Of a stretch of 64,000 nt of DNA, positions 12,317 to 23,400 are shown piece after piece. The position numbers were made by a program, and so were the translations under genes. The notes under the pieces are model-generated. The model saw only the letters and a list, made by a program, of their open reading frames with translations. It searched no databases and was not told the DNA's origin. How positions within the stretch are numbered: position 1 is the first letter of the stretch; the number at the start of each line of letters is the position of its first letter. Source of the DNA: Bilabrum cf. latius (lineage: Eukaryota); the NCBI GenBank assembly GCA_965178125.1, contig OZ237735.1, positions 186,001 to 250,000 of the forward strand, written 5' to 3'.

Positions 12317-13897
12317 TCACACACCGGCCGGCATCACGTACAGCGGAGCATCAGACAGCTGCACGGTCACGCACTGCACCCCCTGCACCCCAGCGCTATC
12401 GCCCTGCCGCACAGCAGTGACCCCGCCCCGCACGCCAAGCCCCTCCCTATCGACCTTGCCCCCAAGTCCCTCGGCGCCCCCGCACGGCCCCGCGATCACT
12501 GCCCCCAGCGGGCCCCCCGTGTACGACAGCAGCAGGTACTTGCCCACGGCCCCCTGCAGCTGCACACTGGGGGCACTCGGGAGCGTCTCGTTCGAATTCA
12601 CGGGCATCCACGCGGCGAAGGCAGGCTGCTGCTTGCCCTCCAAAGGGGGGTACCTGAGTGCCACCCCGGGGGCGGTTGGGGTGCTCACGTTGAGGATGGA
12701 GGGGCGGCTGTACGGCCCCAGCTGGCGCAGGGCGGCCACTGCGGAGCGGTATGACGTCAGCGGCTGGAAGTCCGCGTGGGTCACGATGCCGAACCTGCAC
12801 TCTCTGTCTGTCGGGTCCGTGCAGTCCCTGTGCCAATCGTACCACACGTTCAGGGGCGAGCCCAGCGCGTGCAGGTAGAGCCACTCCCTGGCGATGTACT
12901 TGGACTGCGTCTCGTTGGACACGGGGTGCCAGCAGGACCCGAAATCGCAGGTGGTGTACCCCCACTCCCCCGAGGCAACGCGGGGCGCCTCTCCCTCACC
13001 GTGCCAGTGCGAGTCCACGAGCGCCTGCAGGCTGTGGAGCTCCTCCTCGACGTGCTCGGGAGGCGTTGACTGGTATAGGTGCTGCGTGACCACGTCAATG
13101 TACTGCAGGGGCTGCCCCGGACTGGCGAAGAACTCGTCCAGCCACGTGTAGAGCTCGTCGCCGTGCTGCGCAAGGGCGGGTGCGACCAGGCGCACCTTGG
13201 CCGTGGCGGGGTCGCTGCGAATGGCCTTGCCGATGGCCACGATGAGGGCAGCATCTGCCGTGCAGTTATTTGGCATTTTCTTCAGGTTTGGCTCATTCAC
13301 TTGCTCGAACCCATAGAATGCGTCGTGATCCTTGTAGCGCAGCGCCGCGGCGTGCATCACCTTTGCCAGGGCGTCGAGGCTGGATGGCTTGGTCGGGATG
13401 GGGTCATCAGGATACACGTGGGGATTTTGCGGGTGCAGAACCCCAGAGGTCTTGTACGTCGATCGACGCGAGCTTGTCGAACAGCTTATCGTAAAAGGAC
13501 CAATCGTACTGGCCTGGCGACTTCTCGATGACACCCCAGTCAAAGCCTACGACAGAAAGTGCAAATGGAAAAAGTATGCATCCTGGATCACACGTTCTAC
13601 TCGAGGCGGGCGAATCCCAGAGGGAAAAAAAAACTCTACGACTAGCTGCATGGATTGGTCAGAGTGTGTTACCACACCACGAGGATGCTACACTCATGGA
13701 TCCAATGTCACATGAGACTGACCTGTGCGAATCCTTTTGACCCCAAGGCCTTTGAATGAGTCGAACTCCACGTCGCTGGGCAGCTTGTCGTACAGTCCCC
13801 AATGGATGTTGATGGCTGCAGTTTCATGCAAAGTGAGGCTGTTATTCGCCGCACTTGCCGCAGCAAGTGCACTGAGTAGTATTATAAGCAGAGGCAT
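12317..13897 (-). pseudogene. Secreted clan GH-A (GH5/GH39-like) glycoside hydrolase, copy 1, with a +1 frameshift
   Basis: Near-identical to copy 2, with intron 13547-13722. Near 13440 it reads CTCTGGGGTTCTG versus CTCTGGCTTCTG in copy 2. The spliced length of 1405 nt is not a multiple of 3. It could be a G-run assembly error. Confidence 0.65.
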
Positions 13898-14073
13898 TCG
13901 GTGAATGGGCTGCCGAATCAACGAACTTGGAAAATGATGGAGGCCTCGGCGCCGTTGAATCCGGTATTAGCGCAGCCCGGCCGGGCTTCGCCGACGATAG
14001 ACAGCCGGATCAAACATGGGGATTGACACCCAAATGTACCAGAAACAGTGGGTTCGAAAAAGCAACAGGCACA

Positions 14074-15222
14074 TCAACCCACGTCGCTGTCTTTCGTCGA
14101 TGCACTCGTGCTCGCCAAGCCGCGGGCTGTGTGGTGCACTGTGCTCATGTGAGTCTTGAGATGGCCTGACACTCCAAACCGCTTCCCGCACACGCTGCAC
14201 TCGTGATTGCGCTCCCCGAAATGCACCAAGCCCACGTGAGTCTTGAGTGAGCCTGCCCGCCCGAAGCGCTTCCCGCACACGCTGCACTCGTGATTGCGCT
14301 CCCCAAAATGTACCGTGCTCATGTGCCTCTTGAGATTGCCTGACACTCCAAACCGCTTCCCGCACACGCTGCACTCGTGCTTGCGCTCCCCGAGATGCAC
14401 CAAGCCCATGTGAGTCTTGAGTGAGCCTGCCTGTCCAAAGCGCTTCCCGCACACGCTGCACTCGTGATTGCGCTCCACCAAATGCACCGCGCTCATGTGC
14501 CTCTTGAGATCGCCTGCCTCCCCAAACCGCTTCCCGCACACGCTGCACTCGTGATTGCGCTCCCCATGATGCACCGCGCTCATGTGCCTCTTGAGATGGC
14601 CTGCCTCCCCGAAGCGCTTCCCGCACACGCTGCACTCGTGCTTGCGCTCCCCATGATGCACCGTGCTCATGTGAGTCTTGAGTGAGCCTGCCTGCCCGAA
14701 GCGCTTCCCGCACACGCTGCACTCGTGCTTGCGCTCCCCGAGATGCACCACGGACACGTGCTGCCTCAAGCTCCACATCGAGCTCAGCACCTTCCCGCAC
14801 ACCTCACACTCATGCCCACCCCCACCTTCATTGGACCCTCCCTCCCTCCGGCGCCTCTTCGCCTCCCTTGCACCGGTCTCGCTGACCCCCCTGCCGCGCT
14901 TCTGCCCGGGCGAGTGAGGGGCTGGATGGGGCCCACTTGCACTAGGGATTGGCGATTGCGTACCCCTAGTGACCGGCTGATAGAATCTGCCAGTGCTGCC
15001 CGACCTCGCAGGTGCGTCTCCACCAACGCCAGCGCCAGTCGATGCTGCAGTCTGCCTGACAGCAGATTCAGCCGAGCTGCCCATCTTGTGCCTATCTTGC
15101 TGCTGGGACGACATAGCATTGTCAGCATCACTGCCCCAATCATCGTCACTGCTCTCGCTGCCAGTGCCATCGCTGTCGCTCACGAGGTCAATCACTTCTG
15201 GCTCGGCGTCCCTTCGCGCCAT
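14074..15222 (-). CDS. Tandem C2H2 zinc-finger array protein, 8 fingers (copy 2)
   Basis: Paralog of 10027-11829 with a near-identical N-terminus (MARRDAEPEVIDLVSDSD) and 8 fingers. Ends TGA. Confidence 0.9.
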   Translation of the reverse strand: MARRDAEPEVIDLVSDSDGTGSESSDDDWGSDADNAMSSQQQDRHKMGSSAESAVRQTAASTGAGVGGDAPARSGSTGRFYQPVTRGTQSPIPSASGPHPAPHSPGQKRGRGVSETGAREAKRRRREGGSNEGGGGHECEVCGKVLSSMWSLRQHVSVVHLGERKHECSVCGKRFGQAGSLKTHMSTVHHGERKHECSVCGKRFGEAGHLKRHMSAVHHGERNHECSVCGKRFGEAGDLKRHMSAVHLVERNHECSVCGKRFGQAGSLKTHMGLVHLGERKHECSVCGKRFGVSGNLKRHMSTVHFGERNHECSVCGKRFGRAGSLKTHVGLVHFGERNHECSVCGKRFGVSGHLKTHMSTVHHTARGLASTSASTKDSDVG

Positions 15223-15670
15223 TGTAGCAGTCAGCCTTGGCCACACGAGGACCGCAAACGTATTTGAAATAGTTCTGGGTGGCTTAGTTCCAAAAAGGGT
15301 CTAGGCCTCGGGACTCCTCGCGCAATAACTCGTTGGATCCGACCTCCTGTATGCACTTTATCACCCTTGTAGACAAGCCCAGCAACACAGTACGTGGTGT
15401 TGTACAAGTTCCGAATCAAAATGACGCCTAGTAGTGGTTTGAAAATGGGTTGACTGCAACAGCCAGTGACACTGGCCCTGCGTCTCAAGTCGACTCCCGA
15501 CGCCGCCGGCGGCGGAGCGGTTGCAACAGACAGGCAACTTGAAGATTCGGGACGCCGGGACGTGGGAGGGTGTAGTGAAGGCAGTAGGTCATTCACTGAG
15601 CCAAACAAATCCCATATGCAACCTGAATCATCCGCCTGCAAGTCCAAAGCAATCAAGGCCCCTTCCCAGC

Positions 15671-17439
15671 TCACACACCGGCCGGCATCACGTACAGCGG
15701 AGCATCAGACAGCTGCACGGTCACGCACTGCACCCCCTGCACCCCAGCGCTATCGCCCTGCCGCACAGCAGTGACCCCGCCCCGCACGCCAAGCCCCTCC
15801 CTATCGACCTTGCCCCCAAGCCCCTCCCTATCGACCTTGCCCCCAAGTCCCTCCCTATCGACCTTGCCCCCAAGCCCCTCCCTATCGACCTTGCCCCCAA
15901 GCCCCTCCCTATCGACCTTGCCCCCAAGTCCCTCCCTATCGACCTTGCCCCCAAGCCCCTCCCTATCGACCTTGCCCCCAAGCCCCTCCCTATCGACCTT
16001 GCCCCCAAGTCCCTCGGCGCCCCCGCACGGCCCCGCGATCACTGCCCCCAGCGGGCCCCCCGTGTACGACAGCAGCAGGTACTTGCCCACGGCCCCCTGC
16101 AGCTGCACACTGGGGGCACTCGGGAGCGTCTCGTTCGAATTCACGGGCATCCACGCGGCGAAGGCAGGCTGCTGCTTGCCCTCCAAAGGGGGGTACCTGA
16201 GTGCCACCCCGGGGGCGGTTGGGGTGCTCACGTTGAGGATGGAGGGGCGGCTGTACGGCCCCAGCTGGCGCAGGGCGGCCACTGCGGAGCGGTATGACGT
16301 CAGTGGCTGGAAGTCCGCGTGGGTCACGATGCCGAACCTGCACTCTCTGTCTGTCGGGTCCGTGCAGTCCCTGTGCCAATCGTACCACACGTTCAGGGGC
16401 GAGCCCAGCGCGTGCAGGTAGAGCCACTCCCTGGCGATGTACTTGGACTGCGTCTCGTTGGACACGGGGTGCCAGCAGGACCCGAAATTGCAGGTGGTGT
16501 ACCCCCACTCCCCCGAGGCAACGCGGGGCGCCTCTCCCTCACCGTGCCAGTGCGAGTCCACGAGCGCCTGCAGGCTGTGGAGCTCCTCCTCGACGTGCTC
16601 GGGAGGCGTTGACTGGTATAGGTGCTGCGTGACCACGTCAATGTACTGCAGGGGCTGCCCCGGACTGGCGAAGAACTCGTCCAGCCACGTGTAGAGCTCG
16701 TCGCCGTGCTGCGCAAGGGCGGGTGCGACCAGGCGCACCTTGGCCGTGGCGGGGTCGCTGCGAATGGCCTTGCCGATGGCCACGATGAGGGCAGCATCTG
16801 CCGTGCAGTTATTTGGCATTTTCTTCAGGTTTGGCTCATTCACTTGCTCGAACCCATAGAATGCGTCGTGATCCTTGTAGCGCAGCGCCGCGGCGTGCAT
16901 CACCTTTGCCAGGGCGTCGAGGCTGGATGGCTTGGTCGGGATGGGGTCGTCAGGATACACGTGGGGATTTTGCGGGTGCAGAAGCCAGAGGCCTTGTACG
17001 TCGATCGACGCGAGCTTGTCGAACAGCTTGTCGTAAAAGGACCAATCGTACTGGCCTGGCGACTTCTCGATGACACCCCAGTCAAAGCCTACGACAGAAA
17101 GTGCAAATGGAAAAAGTATGCATCCTGGATCACACGTTCTACTCGAGGCGGGCGAATCCCAGAGGAAAAAAAAAACTCTACGACTAGCTGCATGGATTGG
17201 TCAGAGTGTGTTACCACACCACGAGGATGCTACACTCATGGATCCAATGTCACATGAGACTGACCTGTGCGAATCCTTTTGACCCCAAGGCCTTTGAATG
17301 AGTCGAACTCCACGTCGCTGGGGAGCTTGTCGTACAGTCCCCAATGGATGTTGATGGCTGCAGTTTCATGCAAAGTGAGGCTGTTATTCGCCGCACTTGC
17401 CGCAGCAAGTGCACTAAGTAGTATTATAAGCAGAGGCAT
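15671..17439 (-). CDS. Secreted clan GH-A (GH5/GH39-like) glycoside hydrolase, copy 2, intact, 530 aa
   Basis: Signal peptide MPLLIILLSALAAASA. Intron 17089-17264 (GTCAGT...TAG) joins KRIRTG-FDWGVIEKSPGQYDWSFYDKL. Acid/base motif EQVNEPN and nucleophile motif SGEWGY. Spliced length 1593 nt; ends TGA. Confidence 0.85.
15790..16005. repeat. 27-bp coding minisatellite x8 (GGKVDREGL) in GH copy 2
   Basis: Unit CAAGYCCCTCCCTATCGACCTTGCCCC occurs 8 times. Copy 1 has a single unit near 12436-12462. Confidence 0.95.
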
Positions 17440-17937
17440 TCGGTGAATGGGCTGCCGAATCAACGAACTTGGAAAGTGATGGGAGGCTTCGGCGCCGTTA
17501 AATCCGGTATTAGGGCTTCGCCGACGATAGACAGCCGGATCAAACATGGTGATTGACACCCAATTGTACCAGAAACAGTGGGTTCGAAAAAGCAACAGGC
17601 GCATCAACCCACGTCGCTGTCTTTCGTCGATGCACTCGTGCTCGCTAAGCCGCGGGCTGTGTGGTGCACCGTGCTCATGTGCCTCTTGAGATTGCCTGAC
17701 ACTCCAAACCGCTTCCCGCACACGCTGCACTCGTGATTGCGCTCCCCAACATGCACCAAGCTCATGTGCTTTTGAGATGGCCTGCCCGCCCGAAGCGCTT
17801 CCCGCACACGCTGCACTCGTGCTTGCGCTCCCCGAAATGCACTGTGCTAATATGCGTCTTGAGTGAGCCTGCCTCCCCGAAGCGCTTCCCGCACACGCTG
17901 CACTCGTGCTTGCGCTCCCCATGATGCACGGTGCTCA

Positions 17938-19914
17938 GCGGCATACAGCAGGCGTAGCTCCGCCGTTAGCAATGCTGACTGGGGGCTAGAGTGCATCTCC
18001 CACTCTACTGAACCACTCTACTGCGTTTTATGCCGCTGCCTCTAGATCAGGTTGCTCACCCGTTTCCTATCGTGGGGTCGATGCCCCATGAGACCCTCGC
18101 TTGCCCCTGACCCCCGCTTGCCCCTGTTGGGGCTCAGACGCAGACCCCCGCTTACCCCTGACGGACCTCCGCCAGCAGAATGGTGCTGGCGGAGGTCCGG
18201 CTGTGTCCTTGCTCGCTTACAAGCCTGTTTGGATTCCGCCGCTGTTGTGGACGATCCTACTGCAGAGGAACAAGCAGCTGCATCGCCCCAATCGACGTCT
18301 TGCTGGCGGTCAACACACGGCGGATTGAGTCGCTTTCTCTTTCGTCCCGCTGACATTCCAGGTACAGTGCTGGTCTCCACCACATTGCCGGGAGCCTAAG
18401 ACTCAACGTCTCGGCCAGCCCCAGCAACAGCCCCACGCCCAGCGTCTCGGCCAGCCCCAGCAACAGCCCCATGCCCAGCGTCTCGGCCAGCCCCAGCAAC
18501 AGCCTCACGCCCAGCCCCACGCCCAGCAGGTATAACTTCCTTGCCGGCATCTGCGAGCGCATTGATAAGATAGTTCTTAGATGCCGTGTACAACGACGCG
18601 TGATCTCAGAGGCAAATTCGCGTGCATCCTGATTTCTACAGACCTTACCACACGAACAAGATGCAAAATGGTTCAGTATGCATTTATACAAGTTACTCCA
18701 CTCCATCAGGCTCCACTATTTACCACAAACGCAGGTTAATCGTCTCGATGTAATGACGGTGGCTTCTTGCTACCTTGCAAGGCAGGCGAACGCAATATTT
18801 GTCCAGAGCACAAATGCCTGATTGCTCTATGTAACAGCATTGATCTTATCTCGTAGTTTTGCGAGCTACTGTTGCAAAAATTGCTCAATTTTCCTGACTA
18901 CCAAGAGCGGTAGCACATCATCCGGATGTGCTCTTTCGTATCGAAGGAGAAGTAGCATGTGTTTTCTACTAGGCCGACCAATATCGATCTGATTTCGGCT
19001 AATAAACGAATTCAGCGACATGAATAATTTCCACGGGGGGATACTCTGCACTCTGATTCTTCTTGCTTTTTGAAGATGCGATCACTTCTAGTTATACCTC
19101 ATTCTAGCGCACAAAAGTGCACGTAACTATACCGGGGAGCTCGGCTCACCGGCACCCACAAATAATAGCAAAGAAGCATACAATAGTACCAAGTGAGAGC
19201 TTCCTAGCAAGACAATTGGACCAGATCAGTTGATCTAATCCGATTATCTTCTTGCCTCTCTCAACGGCTCCTTATTGTGTTCTTTATCTCCCTTTGAGAG
19301 AGGGCTGTGTGTTGTTGCCGTGTAGTGTCCGTTCAGCCACCTGGCTGGCTTCCCGGTTAGTGTGGGGCCGCCTCGGTGTGGACAGCCTGGCCTACCCCGT
19401 TGGTTTACGTTGTAGGTACTCCCTTCTTGTTGGTTTCTCCTGGGGCTTCGCCGAATGCACCCCAGGCTGCCTTTCGGCTCGCCGATGGCACCCGCTCACG
19501 CGGTTCGACGCGAACCACCACCACCTTGTGTAGTAAACAAGTGCAACCTAGAATGGGGCTCGTCACTGACCGCGCTACAGTTGACTAAACCTTGCGGTAC
19601 CGTTCGTCGTTGGGCTCATTCGGCCCAGTCTCCCCCAACCAGACGCACTATCCCAGCCTCCTACTCCCGCCCCTTCACTTCTCATCAACTCCGTGTGGCA
19701 GCCGGCTGACCCTTTAGCCGCCCGGTCCGGGCACAGTCCCGCGAACGTAGCTCTGGGAGCATGGGCAGCAATGCTGGCAGCCGTTATCGAATCTACCGCT
19801 AGTAAGCGGGACTTGTTCCGCTGCCAGTACACACCGCCAACAAACGCTCGGCGACGCTTGCGGTCTCGATCGTCGTGTCCACCACGTCCGCCTGGCAGGT
19901 CCGCGATTCCATAT
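17938..19914. other. Unrelated ~2-kb segment with a low-GC core (~18530-19290) interrupting ZF copy 3
   Basis: Similarity to the paralogs stops at 17937 and resumes at 19915. Two 60-nt lines in the core count at 37-38% GC, well below the GC-rich flanking genes. Confidence 0.7.
18408..18515. repeat. 36-bp tandem repeat x3
   Basis: GTCTCGGCCAGCCCCAGCAACAGCCYCAYGCCCAGC occurs three times. Confidence 0.9.
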
Positions 19915-20487
19915 CCCTAGTGACCGGCTGATAGAATCTGCCAGTGCTGCCCGACCTCGCAGGCGCGTCTCCACCAACGCCAGCGCCAGTCGATGCTGCA
20001 GTCTGCCTGACAGCAGACCCAGCCGAGCTGCCCATCTTGTGCCTATCTTGCTGCTGGGACGACATAGCATTGTCAGCATCACTGCTCCAATCATCGTCAC
20101 TGCTCTCGCTGCCAGCGCCATCGCTGCCGCTGTCGGTCACGAGGTCAATCACTTCCGGCTCTACATCCCTTTGCGCCATCGCAGTAATGAACACTGTCCG
20201 AAATGTGGATGCGCAATCCCTTGAAATAGTGTTGTATGGCTTTATTGCCAAGGGTCTAGGCTCGACTCCAAATGCTCCTTGCTCTCAAGTCTCGTCACCA
20301 GGCACGGCAATTTACCTTGCAGACAAACCCGGCGGCGTACAAGGCGGCGCCAAATCAGTTCAAAAGTTCTATGGACACCCAAGCTGATGAGCAAATGGTC
20401 TTTGAGAAGTGCCCTGTTTCGTTTGCCGGTTGTAACTGCGCACTGCATGATGACCACTTCTTGATGAGAGCTGGAAGAACCTGAACG

Positions 20488-23400
20488 ATGCGATTAGAAT
20501 ATGCTGTAGCTGCAGCAGTCGTCCTAGCGGGTACCAACGTGAGCGGCTGCTGGGTGCGCTTTGGGGCTCCCACGGCGGGGTCCATAAATGGGGTCGCACT
20601 GTGCAGGCCGACAGATGTCCTCAGCGAAGAGACAGCGGTGCTACCGGCATTGGGGATCTACGAAGTGCCTGCTTTAGTATTTCAGCTCAAGCTAGCTGGG
20701 GATAGATCCCAGTGCAGGTCAAGGCAGCGCCGGTGGGAGGATCACACGATGGGAGACTTTGAGACTGCATAGTTCAAAGTTGAGCACATGATTTGCAGTG
20801 GCGGTAGGCAGGATGGTCTATGCGCTGCATAGTTTCGCCTCGAAGGAGTCCCACCTTGCACGACGGTCCGGGCATCCGGTTCTATCGGCTCGGATGCCTC
20901 CCCAGCCAACACAACTTCTGTTGCTGCAAGCGGCTCTAAATCCAGCCCCAAGGACGGCAAGCAGTTCATAAATGCATCGTTTGCTACACCTGCTGAGGCA
21001 GGAAGCTACAGCTACCTGCGTTTCTTCGCGATGGCGTGTGCCAGGACAGGATCCTAGCACTCGGTGTTTCGAGCCATGGCGCGGGCGAGTGGCGACGCTC
21101 TCTTCGGGATCCACATGGGCGACGCCGTGTACTTGGATGAGAGAGCAAATTCCAGCGCCAGCTTCGTGCGCGCCTTCCGGTAGCAGCTGGAGAGCCCGAC
21201 CCAAGCAGAGATGCTCGCCCATCTGCCCATCGAGCACGTCTACTCGGACCACGACTTCGGAGGGAACAACGCGCACGGGGGCAGCGCGTCGGGGGACGCC
21301 GCCGTGGCCGCGCACATTGCCTTCCTGCCCGCCCCCGCCACCCCGACCCTCCCTCCGGCTGGAGACGCCGCCGGCTCCGAAGCACAGGCCTACCTGACGC
21401 ACCCGTGCCTGCACTGGAAGAAGGCGGGGCAGGTGCGCCTCGTGGTGCCAGGGGGGCCCAAGGGATAGCCAGGGAACAACGCCACCGTGCGGTTGCTGCG
21501 GAGGTCCTGGGTTGAGTCTGCCCCGGCCTGCAACTCGATGGTCCTGGAGGCCTCCTTGGCCAGGACCCGGCCGATTCAAGAGCAGGACGGGCCGGGCGGA
21601 CGCGTTGGGGCCAGTGCTGGCGCTGGCGGAGTTGCAGTCGGCCGGGCCGGCTCCACGGCATCGCGCGCGCACCGCGGCCCGCGAGGCATGCAGCGCGCCT
21701 TTTCGGTGAACAGAGTGCGTTTCATCGTGACGGATCTGAGGCGGTTCCGAGACAAGAACTACGCGCCTGATGCGGGATAGGACAAGGGAGCCGCCGCCAG
21801 CAGTGGGAGCACGGCCAGAAACATTAAGACCATGCTCGGGCAGGAGCAGAAAGAGTGGTTCCTCCGAGAAGTGCAGCGGTCCATCCTGTCTCATGTCCTC
21901 GTGGTGTGGGTGTCGGAGATCCCCTGGCTTTGCAGAGACGAGAAGTGGGGTTGGTTCAGGACAGAGAGGGACGAGCTCGTGCGGGCGCTAGTGGGCATGG
22001 GTGCGCATAGGCAGATGGTCATCCTGTCGGGGGATGCCCACATGCTGGGCATCGACGACGGGAGGCACTCCCCCGGGGGCATCCCCGTGCTGCACGCCGC
22101 CGCGCTGGACTCGCCCCCAAGTCTCAAAGGGGGCCCCTACTCCCACGGGGCCTCCCCTGGGCGGGGGCAGTTCGCGAGGCTGGAGGTGTGGGACGCGGGG
22201 ATCGATGTGGGCAGGATCCGAGAGGGCCTCCAGGAGGTGGCCAAAGAGGAGGGAAGGCGGTGGGCCTCCGTGGCGGACGCGGCCGCGGCCGCCGCCGAAG
22301 GCGAGATCAGCATATCCTTCGACGACGTGCCCCGATTCCATTGGGCCGACATGTACGCCAGCGGGGGTCAGGCATCGACCGGTGGCATCGACTCTCTCGC
22401 GGTGGACGGGACCTCCTCCATCCTGCCTGTTCCCTGGCACGTGATCCACGGGCAGCAGCACCGCGCCATGCTCACGGCGGGCGTGTGCCTCGAGTACCAC
22501 GGCTTTCAGGTGCATCGCAATGCGCTGCTGGGCGAGGCCAGCTCGGGTGACGTGGCGTAGGGGCAGCTGGGAGAGGATGTGCCGCCGGTGGCGGGGGCCT
22601 GGCACCCGGCGCAGGCCCCGCGCCTGGACAAGCCCAAGACCTGGGGGAATAAGAGCACGAGGGCATACCATGGAGTCTCCCGCGCGGTCCGTTATTCGAC
22701 CTGCGACATCCTCCCGAGCAAGGTGGCGGCCATGGCCACGGGCGTGAGGCTGCCTGCCTCTCCCGTGGCCCACGGCCGAGGCAAGGGGGAGGTACTCTCG
22801 AGGATGCTCCCGCCTCCCAGCCTCAAGGACAGAGTGAGGGGCACCTACGATTCGCCCCGCTCGGGCAAGCAGGCCGGGGCCGGCAGCCACGGCCCCATCC
22901 GATGGAAGGACTCGGGGCACACAGAGCTGGACGTGGACGAGTTCTGGGCCAGGGGAGGCGTCCGCGGGCTGGGACCAGACCTGCCCCTGGATGCCCCCGG
23001 GGCTCCCATGGACGGTGATGGGCTGTCCCCGCGGCAGCCGGGCATGTGGTCTTTCTCGCAGCTGGCCACTGCCGCGCGTCGGTGCGCTCTGGATGCTGAT
23101 GTGGGAGCCCGGTTCGCCCGCCGGATGCTCTGGAACCAGGCCTACGGCGGGCTCAGGGCGCTGCAGGACGGGCTGGCGGCAGCCATGGTGCAGGGGTACA
23201 GGCTGCAGTACTGGGTTTCCGGGGACCACACCTGCGCGGATGTGGTGCGAGCGTGCGCGACCGGTCGCCGAGTACCTACTGCCAGCTCGCCCGCCAAGCC
23301 GACGTCCTGGCAGAACACACTGGGCGAGCTGGCAGACCACGGCTGTGCGCCGAGGCCGCCCCTCGCCCTGTGGTCCGCGGCTGCGCGTGCTTCCGCGGCT

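Larger units (their letters stand above)
10027..17937. repeat. Recent tandem segmental duplication of a [ZF gene + GH gene] unit of about 3.5 kb
   Basis: About 11330-13970 matches about 14730-17515, including introns and intergenic DNA. About 13985-14260 matches about 17515-17800. Confidence 0.92.
17604..20179 (-). pseudogene. Disrupted third C2H2 array paralog
   Basis: The N-terminus (MAQRDVEPEVIDLVTDSGSD...RFYQPVTR) lies at 19915-20179. Three fingers and the copy-2-type C-terminus lie at 17604-17937, with a 1-nt frameshift near 17770. About 2 kb of unrelated DNA separates the two parts. Confidence 0.8.
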
